Shown here piece by piece: positions 37,148 to 46,390 of a stretch of 64,000 bases of DNA (position 1 is its first letter; the number at the start of each line of letters is the position of its first letter). Position numbers and translations under genes: made by a program. This DNA comes from an uncultured Candidatus Saccharibacteria bacterium (GTDB lineage Bacteria; Patescibacteriota; Minisyncoccia; Phycocordibacterales; JACOZG01): the NCBI GenBank assembly GCA_964399075.1, contig CAYNPK010000003.1, forward strand, positions 6,306 to 70,305, in the 5' to 3' direction. Under the pieces are notes generated by a model. The model saw nothing but the letters and a program-made list of their open reading frames with translations. It was not told the DNA's origin and did not search any database.

Positions 37148-37564
37148 ATGCTAACAATTTGGGAAAAACTAAGTGAGCTAATCTACATCACACTCTACAC
37201 CCGAGTATTTGCCTCAAACACGGTTACATTAATCGAGCCAACCATAACTGGTGATGGCACGATCGGTAGCGCAGGAACAAATAATTTTACGGATATTGCC
37301 GCGTATCTGAAAGCAATTTATCAAAATATTATTAGGGTCGTTGCTCTGATTGCCGTTTTGAGTCTCGCTTGGTGGGGTTTAAAATATATTACTAGCAATA
37401 TTCCGGGGATGAAAGCGGCTAGCAAAGAGCGTTTGTTTGATATTTTGGTGGGAATATTAGTTTTATTGGGTGCTTATTTAATCTTAAAAACTATCAATCC
37501 AAATATCTTCAAGGATCTGTCATTTGGTGAATTTTTTAACACAACGCCACCACCTACATCATGA
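37148..37564 (+). CDS. VirB2/TrbC-like pilin candidate (two hydrophobic helices)
   Basis: 138 aa; IIRVVALIAVLSLAWWGLKYI and FDILVGILVLLGAYLILKTI helices separated by a short loop, as in T4SS pilins. Confidence 0.45.
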   Translation: MLTIWEKLSELIYITLYTRVFASNTVTLIEPTITGDGTIGSAGTNNFTDIAAYLKAIYQNIIRVVALIAVLSLAWWGLKYITSNIPGMKAASKERLFDILVGILVLLGAYLILKTINPNIFKDLSFGEFFNTTPPPTS

Positions 37565-38874
37565 ACAAAAATCTGACAATCATTAGTATTATTGCTTTAA
37601 TTTTAATTCTAAGTGGCTTCTTTGCCATCCGTCTCCTTGGATCACCGGCTGAATTGTGGTCTCTGTTGCAAAAAACTATTACTAGAGCTCCAGAACAAAC
37701 TACTGTTCCGGAAGAAGCGCCACTGCCTAATAGATTTTTCCCAACCGGCGATCCGCGGGTCATTGTGCCACCAGCGCCAATAGATATTCCTGATGGTACC
37801 GACGGAGAACCCTTGCCTATTCCGCAATTAGATAACCGCTTTCGGCAAATTTCAAGCCAGCCGGTAGTTAATGTCGTCCAAGTTGGCGATGGCGCCACCA
37901 GTCAAATTATTTATCTGGACAAAGCAACCGGCCACCTCTACTCGGTGGGGGAAATGGGGCTTGCTAAACGCCTTTCTAACACCACTATCCCTAAAGTCTT
38001 AGAATTAGTTGCCGGTCAAAGTGGAGAACAATTACGCTTGATTGCTCGCTATCTAAAAGATGGCCGACTACAAAACTTTTCTGGCACACTACGAACACAA
38101 ACTAAAACTGAAGTAGAGACGGAAACAGAAATAGAGACAGAAGAACCGGGAGAAGTAGAAGGAATTCTCTTAACTTCAACCATGTCACAAGTAGCTGTTT
38201 CTCCTCAACAAGATAAAATTTTCTATTTGAACCAATCCGGAGACGGAACCACCGGTATTCTGGCCAATTTTGATGATACTGATCGTCAAACCATCTTCAC
38301 CCACCCACTTACAGAGTGGCAACTTGATTGGCCAAGTAACTCAACTGTAGCGATCACCACCAAACCAAGTTCGCAACTCCCGGGCCTACTCTATGTGGTA
38401 GATCTACAAACCAAAAATCTAAGGCGTCTGATTGGAGAAGTGCCCGGCTTGTCAGCCAAAGTAAGCCCTGACGGGTCTAAAGTGCTCTACAGTGGTAGTA
38501 GTAGCGCCACTGGCCCATTTATTGCCCTCTACGACATTAAACAAGATCTCATTGACAGGCTTCCTAATAGAACCCTAGCTGATAAATGCACCTGGTCTAA
38601 GGATAATATAACCATCTACTGTGGTATTCCCAAAACACTGCCAGCTAATGATTACCCGGAAGATTGGTACAGTGGCGAAGTCTCTTTCAGTGACAACTTA
38701 TGGAAAATTAATACTCAAACCGGTAGCGGTGAAATTATTTTTAATCCAGAACTTAGTGGCAGTGGAGAAATCGACGCGGTTAATCTAACCCCCGACAAGA
38801 CTGAAGGTGCTTTATATTTAATAAACAAAAGAGACGCTACTTTGTGGGAACTAGATCTCCAGTCAACTTTTTAG
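37561..38874 (+). CDS. Secreted or membrane-anchored beta-propeller-like protein (437 aa)
   Basis: N-terminal TM/signal segment, Pro-rich linker, acidic TETEVETETEIETEEPGE tract, TolB-like repeats (SPDGSKVLYSGSS; LTPDKTEGALYLINKRD). Confidence 0.45.
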   Translation: MNKNLTIISIIALILILSGFFAIRLLGSPAELWSLLQKTITRAPEQTTVPEEAPLPNRFFPTGDPRVIVPPAPIDIPDGTDGEPLPIPQLDNRFRQISSQPVVNVVQVGDGATSQIIYLDKATGHLYSVGEMGLAKRLSNTTIPKVLELVAGQSGEQLRLIARYLKDGRLQNFSGTLRTQTKTEVETETEIETEEPGEVEGILLTSTMSQVAVSPQQDKIFYLNQSGDGTTGILANFDDTDRQTIFTHPLTEWQLDWPSNSTVAITTKPSSQLPGLLYVVDLQTKNLRRLIGEVPGLSAKVSPDGSKVLYSGSSSATGPFIALYDIKQDLIDRLPNRTLADKCTWSKDNITIYCGIPKTLPANDYPEDWYSGEVSFSDNLWKINTQTGSGEIIFNPELSGSGEIDAVNLTPDKTEGALYLINKRDATLWELDLQSTF

Positions 38875-39577
38875 CCCTAGATCTGACAAATAACTCGTGA
38901 ACAATAGAAAACAAGTTGCCCACTAGCCAATAAATGGGCACCGCTGCTGGTAAACCAATAGAAAATAACATAATCATCACTGGCAAAATATAACGCATTT
39001 GAACTTGCATACTGCGCGCTAAATCTTCTTTTAAAGACGGGGTAGCATTAGGCAACTTTTTAGCCAGAGGTGGCATAGAAAAACTTATTTGGAAATACTG
39101 AGTAAACCCGACTAAAATAGCAATCAACCAACTACGCTCACTGACATCTAAGCCAAGTAAAATAGTATTAACCTGCTCCGGAGCAGAAATGAAAGAGTAA
39201 ATTAAATCGGGATCAAAACTGAAACTGCCACGAAAAACCATAAGCAAGGCCCAGAGAATAGGCAACTGAATCAGCAACAACAAGAAGCCACTGAAGGGGT
39301 TTACCCCATGCTGGCGATATAGAGCCATAATTTGGCGAGCCTGTTCGGCTTGGTCAGTTTTATATTTATCTTTTAGGCTTTTGATCTCTCCATCTAACTC
39401 CCTGATCTTATGTTGAGTACGCGACATTTTGTGCTGTAGGGGAAAAAGAGCTAAACGCACCAAGAGAGTTAAAATAATAATCGCCAAGCCAATATTTTGA
39501 CCAGGAACAATAGCACTTAACCAAGCCAGGGCGTTATATAGAGGTTCAAAAAACAAATTATTAAAAAGAAATTTCAT
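38837..39577 (-). CDS. yidC: Membrane protein insertase YidC (short form)
   Basis: 246 aa; IIILTLLVRLALFPLQHKMSR conserved YidC TM2 region; gene order rpmH-rnpA-yidC. Confidence 0.85.
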   Translation of the reverse strand: MKFLFNNLFFEPLYNALAWLSAIVPGQNIGLAIIILTLLVRLALFPLQHKMSRTQHKIRELDGEIKSLKDKYKTDQAEQARQIMALYRQHGVNPFSGFLLLLIQLPILWALLMVFRGSFSFDPDLIYSFISAPEQVNTILLGLDVSERSWLIAILVGFTQYFQISFSMPPLAKKLPNATPSLKEDLARSMQVQMRYILPVMIMLFSIGLPAAVPIYWLVGNLFSIVHELFVRSRAKKLTGDLVPTK

Positions 39578-39587
39578 TTGTTATTTG

Positions 39588-39932
39588 TTATGTATTTAAC
39601 ATTTTAGCTTTTTGGAGTAAAAACACCAATTGTTTCTCGCATTCAACAAAAGAAACAGTTGACCAAGTTGGATCGAGAAAAACCACGGCTCTAAAATTGG
39701 GTTTTAATTGCTGTCTTAATTTGATTAAAATCGCCCGAGCACGACGCTTAATAAAGTTGCGCGTAACCGCTTTTTTAACCTTTTTGGCTGAAATCACTAG
39801 GGCTATTTGGGTTGGTCCACTAGGTTTTCTGGGAATAATACGAGCAACTAGGGGAGGAGAGCTAATGACGTGACCGGAACGCAAAACCAAAGACAATAAT
39901 TCTTTATTTAAGCGATTTGGATGTGGCAACAT
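39588..39932 (-). CDS. rnpA: Ribonuclease P protein component
   Basis: 114 aa basic protein with VTRNFIKRRARAIL (RNR motif) located between rpmH and yidC. Confidence 0.8.
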   Translation of the reverse strand: MLPHPNRLNKELLSLVLRSGHVISSPPLVARIIPRKPSGPTQIALVISAKKVKKAVTRNFIKRRARAILIKLRQQLKPNFRAVVFLDPTWSTVSFVECEKQLVFLLQKAKMLNT

Positions 39933-39940
39933 GAACGGCG

Positions 39941-40075
39941 CTAAACCGTCAATTTTTTCCGGCCTTTGCGCCGACGCGAGCGAACCACCTTACGGCCAGC
40001 CGTTGTTTTGCTACGAGTTAAAAAACCATGAGTTTTAGCCCTCTTGCGTTTTTTTGGCTGATAAGTTACAGACAT
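39941..40075 (-). CDS. rpmH: 50S ribosomal protein L34 (not in the ORF track because it is under 60 aa)
   Basis: Reverse-complement translation [44 protein letters not shown] matches the L34 consensus. Confidence 0.85.
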   Translation of the reverse strand: MSVTYQPKKRKRAKTHGFLTRSKTTAGRKVVRSRRRKGRKKLTV

Positions 40076-40186
40076 TTCACGAGTATAACTTAAAAATCAA
40101 TTGAGGGCAAATCTTAAGTAATCCACTGATTATTCACAGTATTGACTAGATAGCGGAAAGCTAAAGAGAAGCATATAATAATCCTA

Positions 40187-41551
40187 ATGTTAGAAAACAA
40201 AGAACTATGGGAGCGTGCTCTAGTAGATATTGAAATAAATACTTCTAAGGCCAACTTTGGCACCTGGTTTAAAAATACTCAAATCACTAAACAAGACAAC
40301 GGAACCGTCTATATTGGTGTGCCAAATACTTTCGTGAAAGACTGGCTTTTGAATAAATTCCACAAACTTATCTTGAAGTCATTACGAGATTTAGATCCAG
40401 AGGTTAGAGCCATAGAATATGTGGTGATAAAAAACGAAGACTTGAATAAAAATCAAGTATTTAGGCCCGAACACAAGCATGGAATCGACAGTCAGTTGAA
40501 TTTACCAGAGCTCTATATCAACCGCGAAGACAACCTTAATCCCAAATACGTCTTCGAAACTTTCATTGTTGGACCATTTAACGAACTTGCTCACGCCGCC
40601 AGTCAAGCGGTACTCAACAAAATTGGGGCAATTTATAACCCACTTTTTATTTACGGCGGAACTGGTTTGGGTAAAACCCACCTAATTCAAGCCGTTGGCA
40701 ACCATGTCAAAGAGCGTTTCCCAGGAAAAAAAGTGTTTTATGTCACCTCTGAACAATTTGTTATTGATTATGTCAATTCAGTCCAAAACAACCGCGGTAA
40801 CGGCAATCAATTTAAAGAAAAATATCGCAAATATGATGTTTTAATCATGGATGATGTCCAATTCTTTTCTAACAAAGACAGAACCCAGGAAGAATTATTC
40901 CATTTGTTTAATAATTTTTACGAAAACAATAAGCAAATTATCTTTTCTTCTGATAAAGCGCCAAAATATATCTCAAACCTAGAAGAACGCCTCCGTTCGC
41001 GCTTCGAGGGGGGGATGATCGTCGATGTAGCTAAACCAGACTATGAATCACGACTAGCAATCTTAAATAGTAAGACCAAGGGCCACCCCTTCCGTCCCGA
41101 ACCAGAGATATTAGAGTACGTAGCAAATGTTATTCAAGACAACATTCGCGAGCTAGAGGGAGCTCTAAACTCTATCATTTGCCAATCCGAACTAAAAAAC
41201 CGCAATCTAACCTTCCAAGAGATTAAAACGTTAGTTAAAAACAACATCAAACCAAAGCGCCTGGTTTCAATTAAAGGAGTGGCTAATGTAATAGCTAATT
41301 TCTACAACATTCATGAGAAAACCCTCTACGACAAAACTCGAAAAAAAGAAGTGGTGAAACCAAGACAAGTAATGATGTACTTATTACGAGAAGATTTCAG
41401 CACCTCTTACCCTTATATCGGACAAAAAATGGGTGGTCGAGATCACACCACAGTAATCCACGCTTACGAAAAAATAAAACACGATCTAAAGGACGATACG
41501 ATGTTGTCACAAGAGGTCGAGCAAATTCGTGCTATGTTGTATAATGAGTGA
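40187..41551 (+). CDS. dnaA: Chromosomal replication initiator DnaA
   Basis: 454 aa; AAA+ Walker A GGTGLGKTHL, Walker B LIMDDVQF, C-terminal DNA-binding domain (HTTV signature). Confidence 0.9.
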   Translation: MLENKELWERALVDIEINTSKANFGTWFKNTQITKQDNGTVYIGVPNTFVKDWLLNKFHKLILKSLRDLDPEVRAIEYVVIKNEDLNKNQVFRPEHKHGIDSQLNLPELYINREDNLNPKYVFETFIVGPFNELAHAASQAVLNKIGAIYNPLFIYGGTGLGKTHLIQAVGNHVKERFPGKKVFYVTSEQFVIDYVNSVQNNRGNGNQFKEKYRKYDVLIMDDVQFFSNKDRTQEELFHLFNNFYENNKQIIFSSDKAPKYISNLEERLRSRFEGGMIVDVAKPDYESRLAILNSKTKGHPFRPEPEILEYVANVIQDNIRELEGALNSIICQSELKNRNLTFQEIKTLVKNNIKPKRLVSIKGVANVIANFYNIHEKTLYDKTRKKEVVKPRQVMMYLLREDFSTSYPYIGQKMGGRDHTTVIHAYEKIKHDLKDDTMLSQEVEQIRAMLYNE

Positions 41552-41757
41552 ATAAGGTGGGGATGAAGTGGTGGATAAATAGGGAACTAGAGAGATCAAA
41601 AAACTTAAAGATGTTTTTCAAAAAAAATAAAACCAACATATCCACAAGTTTATCCAGAAATAATTTTTACAAAAAGCTTGAGATGATAACCTCCAGAGAA
41701 CTTATCACCACTATCCCCAGACCTAATAGTATTAGTAATTTATAATCTTAATCTATT
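41552..41757. other. Probable oriC (DnaA-box cluster plus an AT-rich unwinding stretch) in the dnaA-dnaN spacer
   Basis: Boxes matching TTATCCACA at 8/9 positions: gtggataaa, atatccacaa, tttatccaga, plus gataacc and ttatcacc; AT-rich tttttcaaaaaaaataaaacc; canonical location. Confidence 0.6.
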
Positions 41758-42879
41758 ATGAGAGTTGAATACCTAAAAGATAAGTTGCGTTGGGCCATCA
41801 ATATTGCCGAAAAAATGACTGGTAAAAATTTGTCTTTACCAACCCTAGGACAAGTTATGCTTGAAGCCGATCAGCATGTCCTTAAGGTTAAAGCGACAAA
41901 TCTTGATGTGGGGGTGGAACTTCTTTTGCCTGCCAAGGTAGTGGAGATCGGCCGGGTGATGGTTGATGGTTCTGTTTTGAGTAATTTTTTAGCTAATCTT
42001 TATCGTGGGGAGAGGGTTGTTCTGGAAACAACTTCACAAAATCTGATTGTTTCTTCAGACAACACCTCATCGGTAATTAAAACTTATCCCATTGATGATT
42101 TTCCAGATATTCCACGACTAAATAATGATGACAATTATTCTGTCACCATCTCTTCTTCGCAGTTAGTTTCTGGTCTTAAATCTGTTTCTTACGCTGCCTC
42201 TCTTTCAGATATTAAGCCAGAAATTGCCAGTATTTATCTCTATCAAGATCAGGGGAGTGGTGATTTGGTTTTTGTGAGCACTGACTCATTTCGTTTGGCG
42301 GAAAAAAGGCTTAATCTTGGCGTTGATAACCAGTCAGCCAAACCACCCTCTTTGATTATTCCTGCCAGGAATGTGGTTGAGATAATTCGGGCTATGGATG
42401 GGCTGGATGAGTTGGTTAAGGTGTCTTGGGATGGTAATCAGGTAGCTTTTGTGACTGATAAGATTTATCTTGTTTCTCGGTTAGTGGGTGGAACCTTTCC
42501 TGATTATCGCCAAATTATGCCAACCAACAATCAAACTAAGGCGATTATGACCAAGACTGATCTGTTGAATACTTTGAAGTTGTCTAATATTTTTGCTGAT
42601 AAATTAAACCAAGTTCATCTTAAGATTGCCGTCAAAGATAATTTGTTTGAAATAAACTCTCGTCATGGCGATGTTGGTGAGAATACAACCAAACTCTCGG
42701 CTACTTTAAGTGGTGAGGATGTAGAAATTGGTTTCAATATTCGCTATCTTCTTGATTGTTTCCAGTCAATTAATACTGAAAAAGTGTCCCTGTCTTTTAA
42801 TAGCCACAACAGACCAATTGTCGTCGCTGGAGTCGGTGACTCTTCTTTTACTTATTTGATTATGCCACTTAATCGTTAA
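41758..42879 (+). CDS. dnaN: DNA polymerase III beta sliding clamp
   Basis: 373 aa; three-domain beta-clamp length and sequence pattern immediately after dnaA. Confidence 0.9.
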   Translation: MRVEYLKDKLRWAINIAEKMTGKNLSLPTLGQVMLEADQHVLKVKATNLDVGVELLLPAKVVEIGRVMVDGSVLSNFLANLYRGERVVLETTSQNLIVSSDNTSSVIKTYPIDDFPDIPRLNNDDNYSVTISSSQLVSGLKSVSYAASLSDIKPEIASIYLYQDQGSGDLVFVSTDSFRLAEKRLNLGVDNQSAKPPSLIIPARNVVEIIRAMDGLDELVKVSWDGNQVAFVTDKIYLVSRLVGGTFPDYRQIMPTNNQTKAIMTKTDLLNTLKLSNIFADKLNQVHLKIAVKDNLFEINSRHGDVGENTTKLSATLSGEDVEIGFNIRYLLDCFQSINTEKVSLSFNSHNRPIVVAGVGDSSFTYLIMPLNR

Positions 42880-42890
42880 TTTTATTTGCT

Positions 42891-43145
42891 GTGGAGTCGA
42901 TTAAGCTATATTTAGAGCGCTTTCGTGGACTACAGGCTCCTGATACTGATCTTAAGAAATTAATCATCCAAACTGTTTCCGATGTGGTTGGTGTTAAGCT
43001 TGATAAAAAATCTATTAGTTTCCAAGGGCAGACAGTTTTTATTAAAGCTAGATCAGTCATTAAGGCGGAAATTTTTATTCATCGCCAGGAGATTATTAAG
43101 CAGTTGGAAGAAAAACTCGATCGATCTTTGGGGGAGTTAGTCTAA
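42891..43145 (+). CDS. Small hypothetical protein, possibly a DUF721 (DciA-like) protein often found next to dnaN
   Basis: 84 aa; synteny-based guess only; sequence similarity not verifiable here. Confidence 0.3.
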   Translation: MESIKLYLERFRGLQAPDTDLKKLIIQTVSDVVGVKLDKKSISFQGQTVFIKARSVIKAEIFIHRQEIIKQLEEKLDRSLGELV

Positions 43146-45598
43146 TTTTCGATTTTAAGGGGGATAACCTTTTCGCTTTTGTTGCGAACTGAATCATAGA
43201 CAACAATTTTAAGTTCGCTGTTTAATCTGCTTTCGTTGTCGCTGTCAAGTTTGAATGAGAAGGTGTAAGGTTGGCTCTTAATTGTTCCTAAGTAGGTTTC
43301 GTCTAAAAAGATATCTATTTGCCCCAAGGGAAATCGTCCACGATAATTGCTTATTAAAATGTTAACTTCTTCGTTTGTTGTATAAATACTGTCTGGCGTC
43401 GGCTGGTCGACAGTAAAGTTTGGTTTGTTTTCCGGACGGTGGATGTCGTCAGTTTCGGTTGGGATTACATCTTCGGTTTCCTCAATAATCCTTTGAGATT
43501 TTGCCCAAGTTCTAATTGGTCCTTCCCATAGAGAAAACTGTGGATCGTTTTGTTGACCAAGCCAGTATAGAATCGAGTGGACTTGAGTGATCACTTTTTC
43601 TTCTCGTAAATCTTCCGGAGTGTGTTCCGTGGCTAGTTTCCCAGAAACAGTGTCAATGAAATAACTTTTGCCACCCTGCCAAAATCCTCTTAAGTAAGGC
43701 GCCAGATTTGAAGGCGTTGGTTCTGGTTCTTGGAAATACTCTTTAGGTCTAGTGCCTAGAACTTTTTGCATATAATTATTCCAGATTGGTGCGGCGATTA
43801 AACTAGCCACTCGTCTGACCATTGGAGTGTTGTCGTTGTTTCCCACCCAGGCGCCCACCACCAAATTGGGTGTGTAGCCCAAAATCCAGGCATCTTTGTA
43901 GTCGTTTGTGGTGCCGGTTTTAGTTGCCACTTGGTATCCGGGGACATTTAGTAATGACCCTGGTTGGAATGTTGGTTGTCGAGCTTTGTCGTCAGAAAGA
44001 ATGTCAGAAATTTGTCTAGCAACGTTTTCTGATAAGATTCGCTCGGGTCTGGGTTTAAACTCTTCTAAAACCACTCCATTACTGTCCTCAATGCGCATTA
44101 GCGCTGTTGGTGGGTTGCGGACACCCTCTGCCGCAAAAACACCGTAAGCGCCCGTTAATTCGAGTAAGGAGACTTCACCACCACCCAGCACTAAGGTTAA
44201 GCCATAACGTCGCCAATCTTCCAAACTATTAATTCCTAAACGTTTTGCCATCTCGATTGAGTCTTTCAGGCCGGCGAGATAGAGAACTTTAATTGCGACT
44301 ATGTTTATTGAGCGACCCAGAGCGTTGCGTAAAGTCATCGGACCATTAAAGTTTCCATCATAATTTGATGGCCAATAGCACTTACCGCCGGATCGACCAC
44401 AAGAGGTATCAAATTGCGTCGGGAGGTCAAAAATAACAGTTTCTGGCGTGAAATTCTTACTTAGAGCGGTGGCATAAACGATGGGTTTGAAGGCTGAACC
44501 AGGTTGACGGTGGGCGGTGGTGACATTAAAATTACCTCCATTTTCTTTATCAAAATAGTCTACAGAACCAACCATTGTCAGAATTTGACCAGTATTGGGA
44601 TCCATGGCAACCAAAGCGGCATTACCAGCTTGGAATTTTTGTTTATTTTCTTCGGCGTGTTGTTTAATAATTTCTTCAGCGGTTTCTTGGAGATCCCAGT
44701 CTAGAGTGGTGATAACACGATAGCCACGAGTGGTTAATATTTCTTCACCGTACTTTTTTATTAAATAATCACGAACAAACATCACAAAGTGGGGGGCTTT
44801 AATAATTCCGTTTTGGGGATCCATAAACTCCACCTCCTCCTCTCTCGCAGCTTGTTCTTCTTCGGCGGTAATGTAACCAAGATCTAGCATTCGTTGGAGA
44901 ACCACGTTTTTTCGTTCTTCAAGTCGATCGCGATTTTCTCCGTATGGTGAATAAAATGTTGGCGCCCTGGCTAGGGCCACAATGTAAGCTGCCTCTGCGA
45001 GGCTAACATCCATGGCTGTTTTGCCGAAGAATGTTTGTGAGGCTTCTTCAACTCCGTAAATAGTACCTCCGTAGGGAGTTTCATTCAGGTAAATGGTTAG
45101 AATTTGCTCTTTGGTCATTGTTTGTTCTAGTTTCAGAGCCAAAACCAATTCTTTTATTTTGCGAGTTGGTGTCCGGTCGCGAGTTAAAAGAGTATTTTTA
45201 ATTGCTTGTTGGGTGATTGTAGAGCCACCGGCCGGACGTTTATTTTGGAGAATATTGCCAAAAATAGCTCTAAACATTGCCAATGGTCGGACGCCACTGT
45301 GCTCATAAAATTTATCATCTTCAATGGCTAGAGTGGCGCTTTTAAGAAAAGGCGAGATCTCTTCAAATGGGATTAATCTCCTTTTGATGTTTTCGTGAAT
45401 ATCAAACAGAACGATTTTACCGGTTCGGTCATAGATTTTAGTAGATTCGGCCACCACGCGCTGGTGGAATGAATCAAAAGAGGGAATATCAAGAGAAATT
45501 AGCCATAAAGAAAAGATACCACCAATGATTAAGATGCAAATCAAGATGATCAAAATGATCTCTTTATAATACAACCTAAATTTTAGCCCTTTCTTCAT
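43142..45598 (-). CDS. Class A penicillin-binding protein (PBP1A family, transglycosylase plus transpeptidase)
   Basis: 818 aa; GT51 motifs (ATLAIEDDKFYEHSGV, GGSTITQQ), transpeptidase motifs (STFK-like SAFKP, SxN, KTGT); C-terminal extension. Confidence 0.85.
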   Translation of the reverse strand: MKKGLKFRLYYKEIILIILICILIIGGIFSLWLISLDIPSFDSFHQRVVAESTKIYDRTGKIVLFDIHENIKRRLIPFEEISPFLKSATLAIEDDKFYEHSGVRPLAMFRAIFGNILQNKRPAGGSTITQQAIKNTLLTRDRTPTRKIKELVLALKLEQTMTKEQILTIYLNETPYGGTIYGVEEASQTFFGKTAMDVSLAEAAYIVALARAPTFYSPYGENRDRLEERKNVVLQRMLDLGYITAEEEQAAREEEVEFMDPQNGIIKAPHFVMFVRDYLIKKYGEEILTTRGYRVITTLDWDLQETAEEIIKQHAEENKQKFQAGNAALVAMDPNTGQILTMVGSVDYFDKENGGNFNVTTAHRQPGSAFKPIVYATALSKNFTPETVIFDLPTQFDTSCGRSGGKCYWPSNYDGNFNGPMTLRNALGRSINIVAIKVLYLAGLKDSIEMAKRLGINSLEDWRRYGLTLVLGGGEVSLLELTGAYGVFAAEGVRNPPTALMRIEDSNGVVLEEFKPRPERILSENVARQISDILSDDKARQPTFQPGSLLNVPGYQVATKTGTTNDYKDAWILGYTPNLVVGAWVGNNDNTPMVRRVASLIAAPIWNNYMQKVLGTRPKEYFQEPEPTPSNLAPYLRGFWQGGKSYFIDTVSGKLATEHTPEDLREEKVITQVHSILYWLGQQNDPQFSLWEGPIRTWAKSQRIIEETEDVIPTETDDIHRPENKPNFTVDQPTPDSIYTTNEEVNILISNYRGRFPLGQIDIFLDETYLGTIKSQPYTFSFKLDSDNESRLNSELKIVVYDSVRNKSEKVIPLKIEN

Positions 45599-45665
45599 TG
45601 AGTTTTATCCTAGCATATTTCACAACAAAACTCCCATTGGGTGGGAGTTTTGTTGTTTGGGTTAT

Positions 45666-45788
45666 CTAAAAATCGTCGTCACCAAAAACTTCTTCCGTTT
45701 CGCTGTCTTCTCCAAAAGTATCATCACCGTCACCCAAATCTAGTTCATCACCAGGAGGGGTGATGTCATCTAATTCATCTCTGCCCAT
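45666..45788 (-). CDS. Possible 40-aa highly acidic peptide (below the ORF-track threshold)
   Basis: Reverse-complement translation MGRDELDDITPPGDELDLGDGDDTFGEDSETEEVFGDDDF; followed on the minus strand by a perfect palindromic hairpin at 45628-45657; weak RBS. Confidence 0.3.
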   Translation of the reverse strand: MGRDELDDITPPGDELDLGDGDDTFGEDSETEEVFGDDDF

Positions 45789-45886
45789 ACTTTTTGCTAA
45801 ATCATTTTTAAAGATTGTGCCGACCCTTGTCTCAATACTCTAGAGACTTTCCATTTTTAGCACACTGCTATTTTTTTGCAATAGAA

Positions 45887-46390
45887 TTATTCTAATATTG
45901 TGGATAAACGAGCCAGGGTGGTAAGCCCAAGAGCGATGGCGTCATATTCGTCATCATACTTCGGCACTTTTTCTAGAGTAACTATCCGCTTAACCATTTC
46001 TGTAACCTGGCTTTTGTCGGCTCGGCCGTGACCAGTAATAGTGCTTTTAATTTCCAATGGGGTATATTCAATAATTGGAAGCTCATGCTTGCTCGCTAGA
46101 TACAGCAACATTCCTCTTACCTCACTAACTGCGCTGGCAGTTTTTTTGTTTGAGGCAAAGAATAGTTTTTCGATCGCCACTAATTGTGGTTTGTATTTTT
46201 TGATTAGTGATTCAAATTCATCGCCCAAGATTACTAGGCGTTCCGCGAAAGATTTTGTTCGGGGAGTAATAATGCAGGTTGAATAAACAATTTTTTCATC
46301 TAATAAGTTTTTCTCTACCACAGCGGCCCCTAGGCGCTCATATCCGGGATCTATCGCTAGTACGCGTGTTGAATCTTTTGTTTTATTCAT
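45887..46390 (-). CDS. ruvC: Crossover junction endodeoxyribonuclease RuvC
   Basis: RVLAIDPGYERLGAAVVE (catalytic Asp) and later acidic residues; start taken at MNKTKDS (the track ORF starts earlier). Confidence 0.8.
   Translation of the reverse strand: MNKTKDSTRVLAIDPGYERLGAAVVEKNLLDEKIVYSTCIITPRTKSFAERLVILGDEFESLIKKYKPQLVAIEKLFFASNKKTASAVSEVRGMLLYLASKHELPIIEYTPLEIKSTITGHGRADKSQVTEMVKRIVTLEKVPKYDDEYDAIALGLTTLARLSTILE

Noticed and set aside
41548-41745. 65-aa ORF between dnaA and dnaN
   Set aside because: It lies entirely within the DnaA-box-rich, AT-rich spacer that is the canonical oriC position, and has a K/N-rich low-complexity translation.
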